The notes below the pieces were generated by a model, which saw only the letters and a list, made by a program, of their open reading frames with translations, was not told the DNA's origin and did no database searches. 64,000 nt of DNA from Trichoplax adhaerens (lineage: Eukaryota > Animalia > Placozoa), in contig NW_002060946.1 in NCBI RefSeq assembly GCF_000150275.1, forward strand, positions 3,305,454 through 3,369,453, in the 5' to 3' direction. Every line of letters starts with the position of its first letter. Within the stretch, counting starts at the first letter, position 1. Both the position numbers and the translations under genes were made by a program. Shown here piece by piece: positions 39,188-53,300 of this stretch.

Positions 39188-42034
39188 ATGGCTGCAAGAC
39201 TATATGCTGTTATTACCTTAGCCGTTGTATTATCTGCTATTCATATAACCACGGCTTCGGATTTTATCATTTTCAACGATGCTTCTACTTCTTCAGCGAT
39301 TAATTGCGGTGATGATTATGCCATGGCGGGTGCCTTTTGGTCTAAATGCCAACATTACGCAAGTTTTGATGATTGCGTCTTTAAGCGCCGAAAGAGAAAC
39401 ATCATTGATACATGGCGTAATGGCAGAAATTCATTGAACGAAAGAAACGGTAATAAATTCAAATATGGATAGTCTTACTATAACATCAATTAGCTAACTA
39501 AAACGACTAGATGTAATTATTTTGAGCCATCGATTTTCCACCCTATTTGATCTACTCCCTCTTCTGTTTAAATAACAAGTTAATAAAATATTCTTTCAAT
39601 GATCAGATAGTTTACATATGTTGAAGATTAAGTATCATCTTGTCAATAACGCCTCTACTTTTTGCTTCATATTTCTCAGTTATTTTTCATGATCAAATAT
39701 TATTTCTCTTACGTTTAATATACACTTTTACAACATAGCTTAGGTGTTGATTGATTTTACAGTAACTAGTGCACATATGTCATAGGTTCAGTTAATTAAA
39801 AAATTCTCTAGCAATACAATTTAAAGCTATGCTCACGTAGTTTTTTTTCCCAATCTACTCTAGTCGACAAAAGTCGATAATCGATCATGATACAGCCATA
39901 GTTCAGTAATTATTGATCCTACTTTCAATTTTATTAGCATATTGCTACTAATTTAAATTCTATGTCTTGAGTTATTAAAAAATTGGATTACTATCAGTAA
40001 TCTTTAAATTATTTTATAACGAAATATTTTTTAATACAATCTATCTCAAATATTCTTTCAATGGTTAGTATAAAATAATAATAATAAGCAATCAATCTCT
40101 CTATTTAATTTCGTTGGTAATTAATATTAAAGTTAGTTCCAGACACCCGTTTCCCACCCTGTCATTTATTTCTTAAGATTAAAATTCCCATCAGCATTGG
40201 TGGTAGTTAATAGAATTTAATTTAACGATTGTTTTCACTTAATTATTAGAATTATCCATGTTGCTAAGTAAATATAGCAAATAGAGACCGTTAAAGTAAT
40301 CAATTTTCATATTGACAATCAATCAAATTATCAGCGCCCTAGAGCAATAATATTTTTGAATAATACTTCAACCCTTGATTGCATCTTACATTAACTACTA
40401 GTATGGATTGCCTCGTATAAGCCGTTAAGCAAATAAATACACGACATTTTGTTCTTCATCAAACCCCAGTCATCATATTCATTTGTTATTATTATATCAT
40501 CCTTTCTTTTCTTCTATGCCAAAAATTAGAAGTTGCATGTAAAAGCCCGTCATCTTCATTATTTACTAACGCTAATTAATATAAATACATCCCGACACCC
40601 AGATCAATAATATTTAGTTAGATGTAATTCACACAGATTCATATTATTCAATCAAAAATTTACACTTCTAATTATGAAAATAGAAATTCACGATTCGTTA
40701 GCCAACCGCAAACAAATTCCCTGCCATTAATTTATAAATTTCTTGTTCACAAGCCATGTAATCCTTTCAATTTCTGTTGACAATCATTATAACTGCAAAC
40801 TAAGAAGAAATGAAATTCAATTTATCATCATTCTATGAGATAAGATTAATCTTTAATATTACCCAATAACTTATAAATAAGTCAAAGTCCTAGATATCTA
40901 TTAGCTGATTTACGACAATAAAAAGTCATATTTTCAATCATTATTGAAAGACGATTATAACGCCTACAAAAGTAGTAATAGAAAACGTAATGATAGAGTA
41001 GCATTTCAACTTTTATCCCTTTACTTGTATGCAACTTATAATATTTCCTTCGCATGATATCTAAATCACCGTAGTTTGCTCTCAGCTTACGTTTTCGTTA
41101 ATTATTGATCGCACAAATAGATAAGAACGTATCGAAATAAAATCTTAAAACATAAGTATACTTCATTTTTAATATTTTTGTTTTATCTTTGTGACCTTTA
41201 ATTTCTACTATTACATTGTTACCTGCCTATCAAAAGGTTTTAAAGCTAATTTGTGAACATCCAAATACAATCTTTTCTGCACCAATAATATCGATCTAAC
41301 AAATTAGTAAAAAAGCATATGGATTGATTTTATTAATTTATCATCAGCTTCGCGTTAATAATCAAAATAGAAATTAAATTAAAATACCAACGTCATAATG
41401 CGAAGCACGATAAATAATCTAATTTGGAACTACCATTGCAATGATATTTCTTCCCATCTATCATGTTATTTTCCTTATTTTTTAATTTAATTGAAATGTA
41501 TTGGGTAGATACTATTGCCATTTTGTACCCACATAGCAGTAGAGATATGATAGTCTTTTTATCAAGAGGGGCTTTAAATTTCCAAAATATTGTACGTAAA
41601 ATCGCTTTAAATAGTATGATTTAATTAAGTGTTCATTTAGTAGGTTTAGATTTTTGAGAAATTAATTCTACTAGCATATCTTAATGAACAACGTAAGGAT
41701 AAAATTATTCAAGACCAAAAGTTAATATCTATTTACTTCAGCTATTCTAGAGTTCAATTTTTTTACTAGCAAATCATTCATTTAGCTTATTGCCATCTCA
41801 ATTTTAGATCTTGATTCGGCATTAGAAGCCAAGACATTCTTGCGCCATACACGTCCACATAAACGATCTGGAATCCTCCTAGCAGTCAAATCACAATGTT
41901 GCCAAGGCTCTACTGGAACAGTTCAATGTTCAGAATCCAATATGGAACAAATGTGTACATCTTCGTATAAAGATGATACTTATGCTGAAGCTTTGGCAAT
42001 TGGTTGCAACTTTCTTGCCCAAAATATGTTTTAA
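39188..42034 (+). CDS. Insulin/relaxin-superfamily prepropeptide, 162 aa, atypical 8-Cys framework
   Basis: Exons 39188-39449 and 41808-42034 are joined by a phase-1 intron in the C-peptide. Order: signal peptide MAARLYAVITLAVVLSAIHITTA; B chain ..NCGDDYAMAGAFWSKC..DC; KRRKR; C-peptide with EAKTFL; HKR; A chain SGIL..CC-x8-C-x8-C plus an extension with one more Cys. A probable 5'-UTR intron runs from donor ~38831 to acceptor 39116. Confidence 0.85.
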
Positions 42035-45000
42035 CAGACTATTGGCATCCATCATTTCAAAGTTGATAACATGACAATTCAGCGAGCAGAACTATCCACT
42101 ATTTTCTCCCTGTAACGGCAGTCAGCAACCAAATGTAGTTACTTATCAAATTTAACAATCACACAAAATGTATCATTTAAAATGCGTCAAAATGATCCAG
42201 CAGACAATAAAAACCTATATCCTAAAATATTAAAAACACATTAATATGGAGTAACTTTCGATGTTGAAAATTTTATTATTAGTCCATTGTGAATATCATT
42301 CATACCTAATGCCTTAGCCATTTAAGACGAGATTGTGATGCATTTCATCATTAAAATAACGCCATATTCGTATATATGGATAAATCATAAAGCATTAAGA
42401 GATTTAATGGGCAATCAAGTCTAAAATTTCTAAAAGTTAGTGCCAATAGAAATAAAAAAGTTCGCAACAGTAAACAATTGAATGAAGCTAGTACTACTTT
42501 TAAGCTATTCGCAGCATGACAGCGTATGGAGTATAATAGAATATAACTACTTTAAGTATAAGATTGATATTTCTAGTTCTAGAGAGTGTTAGAGCAAGTT
42601 TATAACGAATTACGGTAATTATTAGTACTTTAATAAAGGCATTTGTTAGGTTGTTATTACTAATGTATACCTGAAACTACTATATCTTGATCGAGTTACG
42701 GGTAATAAAGATAGAAAGATATACGGTACTCCGTGATGAAAATACTGAATAAAGCAACAATAGTATTGCTCCTATTTTCATCTACCGTTATCTATTAGAT
42801 GATCTATACGCGTACGTAATATAGAAGTAGTACAGGCTTAAAGAGAATTTAGGGCAAATAGATGGCCTATAACAGTAATTATTCGCTTATTACTGAAGTG
42901 AATTTTAATCGTGTTGCTACTAATTTATTCATGAAAAATTTTAATTTTAATATCCGGTTCAATTTTATAAGCAAAAACCTTAGGAGTAAATGAACGTAGC
43001 ACAGCTGCTATAAAAAATCGAATTTTTCAATAATCGTTAATAGAAAGACACATAAAATATTATAAACGATATGGATACTGTACATAATTATTATGTATTA
43101 CAATTATGGAGGACAATATAACTCACAAACAAATACAAAATTACCTCAGGTAATGAGCGAGTGCATTGCTTTTATTCAAGAACGAACTCGATTATTTAAT
43201 GTGTTACGTCTGGAATCTAATCTGTAACTTCCACTATGGAATTATTTCAATGAATAATTGTTCTTTTTACGTTTGCTATTTCTTTTATTACTCAATATAG
43301 AATAAAGAGTTCAAATTCTATAGCTAGTAATTAAAATTTCATTCGATATTACTGTTTTTATCGTCTTCATCTGTTCTTTTTTCTTCGAATCATCTTACAT
43401 TTCATAAACCTCGTAGTTCTGAAAGCTATGATACAAAAACATTATTTATGAATTTATAACAGAATTTATGCAAATCTGAAAATATCCTATATTACCGTTG
43501 TAACCTTCTTTTTGGTAATAATGCTAATTATTCTAAAAGCATATATTGCCAATAGCCTTCAGAACTGCGACAGAAGGAAATTGAAAGTTATATAGGCCTA
43601 CATTCATCCAATGTATCTTGTCAAAAGGTGGCATCAATAGAAAAAGCAGCACTTCTAAATAAGATCGTGGTAGTATTATTATCGAACTTTATTAGTTAAT
43701 AACAATTACAATCTTTTCTGGATGGTGCATTTGTTATTGCTTTTACGACAGCAGCTTTTAATGACTTCTACTGATAAGATATTAGCAATCCTTCAACCAA
43801 CGTGACCGATACTGCGACCGACATGTATGATTACTTTAAATTATTCTTAGGGATATTAAAAATTCGGATTGGACATACACATAGTTGATATAAAAGTCTT
43901 ACGTACAAAAATCCTGATTATTTGAAGGTAAACAAGAAAGTTTAATAATTTACAATTACTACTTTTCTCAATATTTTTTAGTTTTATAACACGGTTTGAA
44001 AGTAGCCTTAGGAGAAAGCATATGCCTCAATCGGAGATAAAAAAAATCAAAAGATCATGTTATATTATTAATACAGAGATAGTTTACAGGATCTAAAACC
44101 TTCAAGGCCTGAAATAATCGAAATTTCATAGCTGAGACAAAGATCTAGTTAGACTCTTATTTTACTTTCATATTACCCAACTCGTACCCAACAATTATAC
44201 TCTATTGCAAGCTGCTCTCGTAAATAATGATCATGTAAAGCGTTTCGAATTTCTAAGTTTCACTAGTAACTAATGCTCGAATTATAGTTTGAAACAGCTG
44301 CATTAGTTTGCCATCATGTAGACACACTTCAGAAGTCATTTTATTGTTAACTCTATACCAATTAGTTAATAAACGATTTACTACTACTGTATTCTCCTAG
44401 AACTACGGAAAAAAATTTATTGATAAGCAATCAATAAAGACTGAGTAGTTAGTAGGATTTGCTTTGCAGAAATCTATCGATACATATGTACTTAGCTGTT
44501 ATTCTTCTATCGACGGTTTCATATTTGCTCTGTAACAGACATATAAATCACTCTGGTAATGGCAGTACTGTAATGGGTGAATGAATTATCTGAGATTGAT
44601 CAAATTTACACTTTAGTTGAATAGGTATTTTTAGCATTCATATTACTGATATAGTTTATACATGCATATAATATTTAGTCTTTTTAAAAGAAGTGAAATA
44701 TGATCATCATTAAGAATATTAATGATTGTGCTTTTGCCATTAGTCCAATTCTTTGTTAATGATTCCATGTCAAGCACAATTTCAGTATTCTAGTTGAACA
44801 AAAGGGTAAAATCTATTAACCTACTGCATATACTTATATCAAGTAACAGTATGAAACTCGTAATAGAATAATTAGAGGTAAACGAATAATTTTTATAATT
44901 AACATAGTTTATAGACCTTAAAAGTATGATGTATCTAATTTTTGCTTATCTCCTACTTTTTTTATTAATTATTTATTGATATGGTCAGAGGCTTTGTAAA

Positions 45001-45796
45001 TTACCTTTCTGTACCCATTTGATATGATCACGGTGGTATAATGTAGAGTTTATATGGTGGGTTAATAATATTATTAATCAACGTAACGATATATCGGTAA
45101 CTTGCCTCCTTCTTAGTATTAATGAATACAAAAAATTCCGGTATATGTACATACGGATGTATTGCATGCTATAATTCAATATAGTGGTAACTTGCCGTTT
45201 CCTTAGCTCTTAATACTTTGCATGAATACCTATACACTCGTATAGCCTTATTCTTGGCTTAATTGCTTTCCATTATTGTATAGGGCTAGTACTGATGTAC
45301 CATTGATATTTCTAAATTTATTCGTATGCATGTACATTGTACACTTTACAGTCAGCCCATAAATGCTTAGAAACTATTACGCAAAGAGAGCGGTAATCCT
45401 ATCAAATTAAATTTAATGATTGTAAGTTAGATTTTACGGATTTAGACGAGCCCTTAACTCGTATTGAATCATCGTATGAGCATACACCTATAACCTGCTC
45501 TTGATACTTTTGCGTAAATGGCTTCATTTGCCTTCATTTTTGGCTTGATTCTCTTAATATTACTGCACAATAGTGCTAAGAACTATATAGCATTGATAAT
45601 CATAAATAAATTTATCTATATTCACGTACATGCGAATTAGTCCATAAAGGCTAAGAAAATACTACAAAGGACGAGTAAAAATTTTATCAAACTGGATATA
45701 TTTCACATAAGTTTGATTTACAGATTTACAAGTATTAGCTAATCGCATGAGGAATAATTAACTCCCATACATTAACTTATATAGCATCTTATATAT

Positions 45797-45979
45797 AATG
45801 GATCCCCATTCACATTCATGGAAAAATTTTTAGGATAAATATTAGAATTTACTAATGATTATCAGGTTAAGGTTAGGAACACCTAAGCTACGCCATTTAA
45901 AAAATTTAAACAGTTTGAGTTTGACTTTAAAAATTTTAACCACGTTGAAATGCAAGCTGGGCCCCCGCGGGGATCCATT
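45797..45979. mobile_element. Candidate ~183-bp non-autonomous element with 11-bp inverted repeats
   Basis: aatggatcccc (45797-45807) and ggggatccatt (45969-45979), internal ggttaaggttagg, and a GC palindrome ccccgcgggg overlapping the right repeat. Confidence 0.45.
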
Positions 45980-46228
45980 TTATGCTTTAATCAATTAATT
46001 TGTAGTGTACCGCATATCTATAACTAGCTAGTGATACTTTAAATGGACGGCTTCCCTTGGCCTTATTCTTGGCCTCATTCCTTCTTATCCATGAATTGCA
46101 AAGACCGTATATTCTTGTAATGGTTTGCATAGATTAAAGTATGTTAGTGGGTCGTGGCTGATGAAAGGGTGAAGTAACTATGCTAGTATAACTTATGTAT
46201 TTTTGTGAAATTGTTGTTCTGGAGGGGC

Positions 46229-46531
46229 TAAGAGTAATTATCAGATTTATCTTTGCCGTTTTCGACTGTTATATTGAGGGAGGAAACGTAAGATCTCTTA
46301 ACGGAGCTGCCAGATGGAAAGACATAGCGAGTTAAATAAACTTGAGCGTTTGCTCTCCAATTGAAGGTTTGTTACCGATAGGTTAAGAGTAATTATCCGG
46401 TTTATCTTTGCCGTTTTCGACTGTTATATTGAGAGAAGAAAAGCAAGATCTCTTGGCGGACTCGCAAGATGGAAAGACATCGCGAGTTAAATAAACTTCA
46501 GCGTTTGCTCTCGAATTGAAGGTTTGTTACC
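46229..46531. repeat. Tandem duplication, 2 x 155 bp
   Basis: taagagtaattatc...tttatctttgccgttttcgactgttatattgag...agatggaaagacat...aattgaaggtttgttacc at 46229 and 46384. Confidence 0.92.
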
Positions 46532-47435
46532 TATTCTTGAGGAAGAGGCGTTTCGACGCAATGAAGGACCGAAGTAGTAGTAGCAGTGAGGCTATTACAA
46601 TCCTATTAATACTCAAGACAATTAGTTTATACTTTAAGTTGTATACTGCAATTATCTGAAGCAATAATATATAGAACGATTCAATTAATCTCTATTTATT
46701 TCCCAGATCTGTGCGGTAACCCGCCATCATACAAACTAATATGCTTGTCTGTAGATTGTACAGTAGTGTATAGTAGATGCATCAAGAAAGGACACTTTCA
46801 CAGACGGACAGACTTTCTGTATTCAACGAGACTGAGAATATCGAAAAATAAGTTACTTAGTATGGAATCCATGAAGAAAAATGGGCACACAAGATCGGTA
46901 GTAATGACTTTTACTAATTCAAGAACATTTATGACGTTATAGAACTGCTTACAAGCAGAACTTAGTAAAAGAATAGATTTCAATCTAATACTACTTCATT
47001 TCGAAAAATAAGCCAATTATAGAATCGATCATTCGCTTAATAACATGATCACCAATAGAAGTGTTGGGAAATTGGAACAGTATTCAAAGGATATAACTAA
47101 CATGAGGCTGAAATGTCCGACCGTCCGAGCCTAGCGGGTAATCCAGTCTAGTCAGGGCCTGGCTTTAGTGCTGTAGCCCATGGTTAGACTAGACCCTGGG
47201 TTTGACCGTAGGAAAGCCTTTTCGGTTACCATAGTCACCCTTTTCCGATTGCTTGTTAAAGTGTTTTGACTGTGTAGTTCGGTACTGTTCTAAACCATAG
47301 GTAGTAGAATATACAGTGGGGAGGTTAAATCTCATCTGGGCTTCCACTGCCAAACTCTTCTTGCTGCCTACGGGTTCTGCAGACCTTTCTCCATCTTGTC
47401 TAAAATTAAGTGTAGACAACTCTTCCTTGACCAAC

Positions 47436-49680
47436 ATGGGTGATAGTGAACTTGAGCAAATCCGTGCTAAACGCATGGCAGAACTCCAAGGACAATATCC
47501 GGTAATTCAAGTCATAATCATTTATTTATTAGACGAATACACATCATGAATAAAGCTGCTTTAAAAAATGGCGTGTCGTTCCTACTGACAGTATTGGTGC
47601 AGGCGATGGCAGTTAAAATGATCGTGACTCGATAACAAAGTTGTAATTGGACTAGTGATTGGTGATACAAGGAGGTTAATCTTACTGACTTTCTTTTACT
47701 CTTTTTTCTACTTTACTTACAGCAAGGTAATCTCGATAGGCAACAACAGGAACAGCAAGTAAAAGCGAGGTACTGAAATAGAATCCTATCCTACTTTTTA
47801 TCGCGCTGACGGAAACCTAAATGATCGCTAATTTCGTAGATTGTATACACCCAGTTTACGACCCCCGTATTGCGAGCATGGATTGTTTGCCATGCAAGAC
47901 TTTGCTTATGGTAGATTATAGAGCTACGAGTGGCCATCGTCAGGGGTTAAACAATCTGCAAAAAATCTTCACAAATTTAGCAATGCTGTATTAACAACTC
48001 ACTACTGTGTTACAACATATCTCTTTAAATACTACAAAAGTGCTATACATATTGCTACTATTTAGTACTTACAGTGCAAACTGTATTATGTCTACTTTTC
48101 ATGTTTTGACTTGAAAATCCATGGTTATCGTAACCTTAATGTTGATCACTATCGATACTAGCCTTTACGACTGTTAGACTAGATTACATCCGTAACGACT
48201 AGTAGTAGTCCCTGATAACGCGCTACTGTATACTTCAGGAAGGCTACCTACAGTATGTACATATGCCATTTTTTTCTTTTCAATCATATAATTTTACCTT
48301 CTCCAATTTATTCTAGCTAGTCTTAACACGTCTATTCAAGACTACATGTACATCTTTCTTTTTAATCGTACAATTCACCTTCTTGAATCAATTCTAACCT
48401 AGTGTAAACACGTACTATAACATCGCTCGTTAATGATGCATTAAAATATTGGAAGACACTTAATTACAATTGTAATGGATAATTTTCATATGTAATCTAA
48501 AATGTAGAATTAAATTTATTTGATAGGGAAGCGGAAGCGAAGAACAGCATTTTATCGCAAATTCTAGCTCAGGATGCAAGAACAAGATGTTTGTATATGC
48601 TTGCATAATACGATTATACAAATCATGAAAAAGGAGCATTTCTTTATGATATTTTCGTCTTATCTAGTGTTATCACTCTAATTTAAGTAATTACAAATAG
48701 AAAGAATCTGCTATAGATATCGTAATATAGTGCATAATTGAAGGAATAATATTTATGTAATTGTAATTGTTAGTGAATAGTATCGCGTTAGTAAAGCCCG
48801 AGAAAGCGTCAATGATTGAAAATATGTTGATAAATATGGCAAAAACTGGACAACTTGGCGGCAAGGTGATAATTAATCAACTAATAATATTGCGTAGCAA
48901 GTGATTACAGTACACAAAGTCGTTTTTAAAATAGAGATTTATCAACTATGGCTTTAGATATTCCCATCATTTTCCTGATAACCCTATCTGCTATGTTACT
49001 GTTCTTCTTATAATGTGTTGGGCGCCAGTATCTTAACTTAGCCCCTTGAGTGACATTAGTAAGCGATTAAATTTACCTGTCCGTTTTATCGCAGGTCAGT
49101 GAAGCGCAACTGATTAAATTACTAGAAGAAGTCAACTCAAAAACTCAAAAAAGGACTACCGTAAAGGTAATTTATAAATTGTATTAAAAAAAATTGTGAA
49201 TCCGATATTAGTGATTTCTTGGATCGAAATACTGTAAGATGAATATCTTAAAAAGGATACTGTATCACACCCGTGTGAATATTTGGATGTAAATAGAGTT
49301 TTATTAATAACAATATGTAATCATCCAAATAATCTTCACGACGTTATAGTTATATACGGTATACTAAAAGAATTAATTACTGAACTTAAAACTCATCATG
49401 CCTCAATGTTATGTCAATCACTTATTCCAAAATGGACACTTTATTGGCAGCATAGCTCTGTACACGTATATAACAATTTGCATAGCTTAAGATTCACGAT
49501 TTTTTCTATAAGCTAAAATGTTCTTGTACTTATAATTTCCTAGTTGGGCATATGTTATTAAAATTCAGATACATCTTATCTCTAGCTTTTAAATAAAGAA
49601 TATTCCTAATGCTTTTTATTCTTATATTTTATCTCTTATAGTTCGATCGACGACGCCATAATCTTGATGATTCGGACTAA
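47436..49680 (+). CDS. PDCD5: Programmed cell death protein 5, 125 aa
   Basis: Exons 47436-47501, 47723-47769, 48527-48588, 48774-48865, 49095-49166 and 49642-49680 (378 nt) give MGDSELEQIRAKRMAELQ...[60 protein letters not shown]...TTVKFDRRR. Confidence 0.97.
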
Positions 49681-50385
49681 GTGACGTGTACTCCTGTTCA
49701 ACTAGTAATTTAATACGTAAAATTTCTTCGTCGTTGTAACATTCTATGAAAGTTCTGTTTTGACGGCTGCTGTAAGTGATTTCTGATCAAGAGAAATTTA
49801 GCTCCTTCAGTATTTCCATGGAATACATTCGATGTAATTTTCTGACTATTTGTGTGCACGTCTACAATTACTAATTTGTCGTCGTAGATCATTTGATAGC
49901 AGTAAAAATTCTGTAAGTCATAACCCAATATCTATGCCATAGTTCTTAGTTTAGGTATGCTTCTAACATTATGGTCAAGCGTATTGTATAATCTAAAGCC
50001 TATAGAAATGTATATACAATTTATAGTAATATATATTTATAGATAACTGCTTTCTTGTACACCCTTGATCGAAAAATCTGGTTGTCTTTCAAAATTTTAA
50101 TTGTTTAATTTGTGGAATAAATCAATTGAAATCTAGTCTTTCCAATGTCTGCGTATAATTAGACTAATTGCTGCGTCTTAGAATGATCGATATGTAAGCC
50201 GGTCAGTATCCTCATCCAATCTTACAATAAGCAATACTATGTAATTTAAATAACACAAATTTATTACCAAAATATCATGACCAATTATAAATCTTTTAAA
50301 TCTGTATATTTAATACAAAATTCCAATATTACAAATAGGATCAATCCTCCTGACACCGTATGAATTATAACATTTTCCGATACTA

Positions 50386-53300
50386 TTAATCGGAATGTGG
50401 TTTACTTTCTTTGTCTTCGTATGACATGCCAAATTCGTTTACCCTACTCTTATCGACAGGATATAACCTAATAGAGGAATAAGTATCAACTATTAATTTA
50501 TTAGATCATACATCAATAGTTTCAGATATATTCTCCTAGGACCAGAGATAGAATAATGATAATTTACTTAACTATCATATAATGATATTACTGTAGTTGG
50601 GCGGAATTACAGCATGAAAAAAAAATCGAATTACTTACCACCTTTGATACAAATAGATTAGAAATACAAAATCATCTCGAAATACTGCTAAACGATGGGA
50701 TGTTGGCATGATAATTATGAATGCAAAAACGTCGTCAATAAAAGTATTGAAGGCCTAAGATATGAATTCAGGGGAAAGGTACTGCATTAGCAATTTTTAA
50801 TATCCGCAGTCTTACTCATGCAGATATCTAATTTAACATACCTTGTACATAAATGCTCTCCAAGGAAGATGAGCAACAGACTTTAACTAGTATTATCAAT
50901 ACAGAAAGAAATATTATATCGCTAATATATAAGGGTTAAAACACAAGCAATTAAGACCGGCATTATAAACTATTAACCTTGTAATTAATAAACAGTTGTG
51001 GCAGCATAAACAGAAATCCAAAAGCGTAGATTCCTTAAAGATTATAATCAGTCAGTGTAGTCATAATAAAGATATATGTACTGCAATAAATTATGCACAC
51101 GTTATCTATCATTCGTGTATAGTAACAAACCGTTTACGAGACTGTGAAGAATCCATGAATACCAACTTTGATACAATCGATAAAAATGAATAAGTTTTCC
51201 GATTAGAATAACGTATAATTCCGTATAGTAAAAGATTAAGCAAACTCTTGAAATTATAAAGATAATACCGTATAAAAATTTTTAACTTAATTAATTTTAA
51301 AGTCTTACCTTTTGTAGGAATTATAGATTAAGCAATATATTGCTCCAATCAAAACCAACGGATAAAGAAAATATGATAGATATCTTATCGCCTAGCAGTG
51401 ATAATTCAGAATTGCTATCTAAACCTTAACGTCACCATTGATTAAGATATAACTATCTAAAAATGCAATTTAAGGCATTGGTACCTCTAAATCATAAGAT
51501 TCCGATTCCTGTTCAGCTTTAGAACGTTGACCAAACTGTAATATCGGTATAATAACATATTAAACAACCTGATATGACATTCTAAATTACAGTAATAACG
51601 TAGCTAATTCACATAATACGTAGGATACTAAAATCATGTACAAAATATTATTTCTGTATTAGGAACAATGTTATGTACTTGAATTGATGGCAACCAATGT
51701 TCAGGTTTCCTTTCCAATGTTACTTTAAAGACTTTAGCTAATTTCCAAATCTAACATAAAAGAAATTTAAAGGGTTACTAATCTGCTTCACGATTCAACA
51801 TGAATTTATTGCAAATTTAAATGAAGCTAACCTCGATAATTGTAGAAATCCCTAATGGTACTATGACTAAATAACTAGCATCTTCATCCAAGAGGTATAG
51901 AAAGATAACGCTATAGCTAAAACTATGCCATATTACTATAATAACCAAACATAATACAAACATTAAAAAGGAGTATAGGTTTCATTTTTAAATTTAAATA
52001 TATAAGTGCATATAGCTATTATTTTCACCATTACTATTTAACCAATTAATTAAATAGATCTATCGAGCTACCTGTCGTAGGAGAGAGACCTGCAGTCGTT
52101 TTTCTTCCTTTCCAAAAATTAACGTCGTTCTTAAATGCCAAAAAGTCCAATAAAACCTAATTAAAGAAAGGCTATTGATTAATTCTACGTTTATTGTATA
52201 CATAAATGAAACAAATATTCTACAGTCATCTTACATGAACTAATGATATCACGAACGTTAAAAGAAGGAGTTTTAAATTGCCACTCGAGAATATACCTTT
52301 CACTTTATCAATATCATTATCAGAAAATCCTGAAACAATAATCAATTAATTGGTATGGCATTGTAATCGATTTATCGCATGAATTACACTGCTAATCGCT
52401 TCTAACAAAATACAGCTGTCAAATGTAGCACTATCACTTTACCAAGTTTGCGAATTAGTTTCATTGATTCTTCCATAGAGACCCAAAATCTTAACGCACC
52501 GACTGAAATTGGTTGATAATCGATATGCAAAACTTTTACAGTAGTATTGACATCGATAACTTCCGCCTGACGCAAAGTCTGGCTCATTTCCGTTACGTGC
52601 AAGAATGGCAGATATTGATCACCATTAGTTAGCCTTAGTTCAAAAAGAAAAGATAATTTGTAATATCAAAGTGATTAATTCTTCCGATAAGCATGTCCAC
52701 TTATCAAGCTATTAACTGTCCGATCCTATTCTCAGATAATCATTTGAAATTAGCTATATTAAGCAAGGGCTACCTTAATAAACTGAATATTTCTGCTGGA
52801 AATTGTTTCATATCAAACAGAAACTTTTCTGTCATTAATCTGACACTAACGGTTTTCTTCCAATGAGATTTAGGGCGATTTAAAGTCTGTAAAATAATTA
52901 ATGGAGATGAACACTTATAGATACATCAGTAGCAAAATTAGCAGCTATACCGGTATGCTTCGGTCAATACGATATGAGTATGTCAAACTTAAGTAATAAA
53001 CTACCATGAGTAATATCCTTATTGTTATGTAACACTTTAGAGATTGTAGCTTACCCTATTTTGAATGCTGCTAGATAATAAATGTTGAGTATCAGCTTTA
53101 GGTATTGCATATCGAGTGAGCGGGGCAATCGTATAAGCAAGACTGTGGCCATCAATCATTTGAAGATACGGATAGATAACAATGTGAGCAAATAAAGTTC
53201 CATTTTTAACCACAGCAGATGGCAAGGTTACATTAACAGACCTATTGTAGAAATAGCAATTACAGATTTAATCGATTAATGCTAGATTAGTCATGTACAT

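Noticed and set aside
43460-43930. Coding-looking stretch with a hydrophobic segment (possible pseudogene)
   Set aside because: Multiple stops and frame changes, and no family I can identify.
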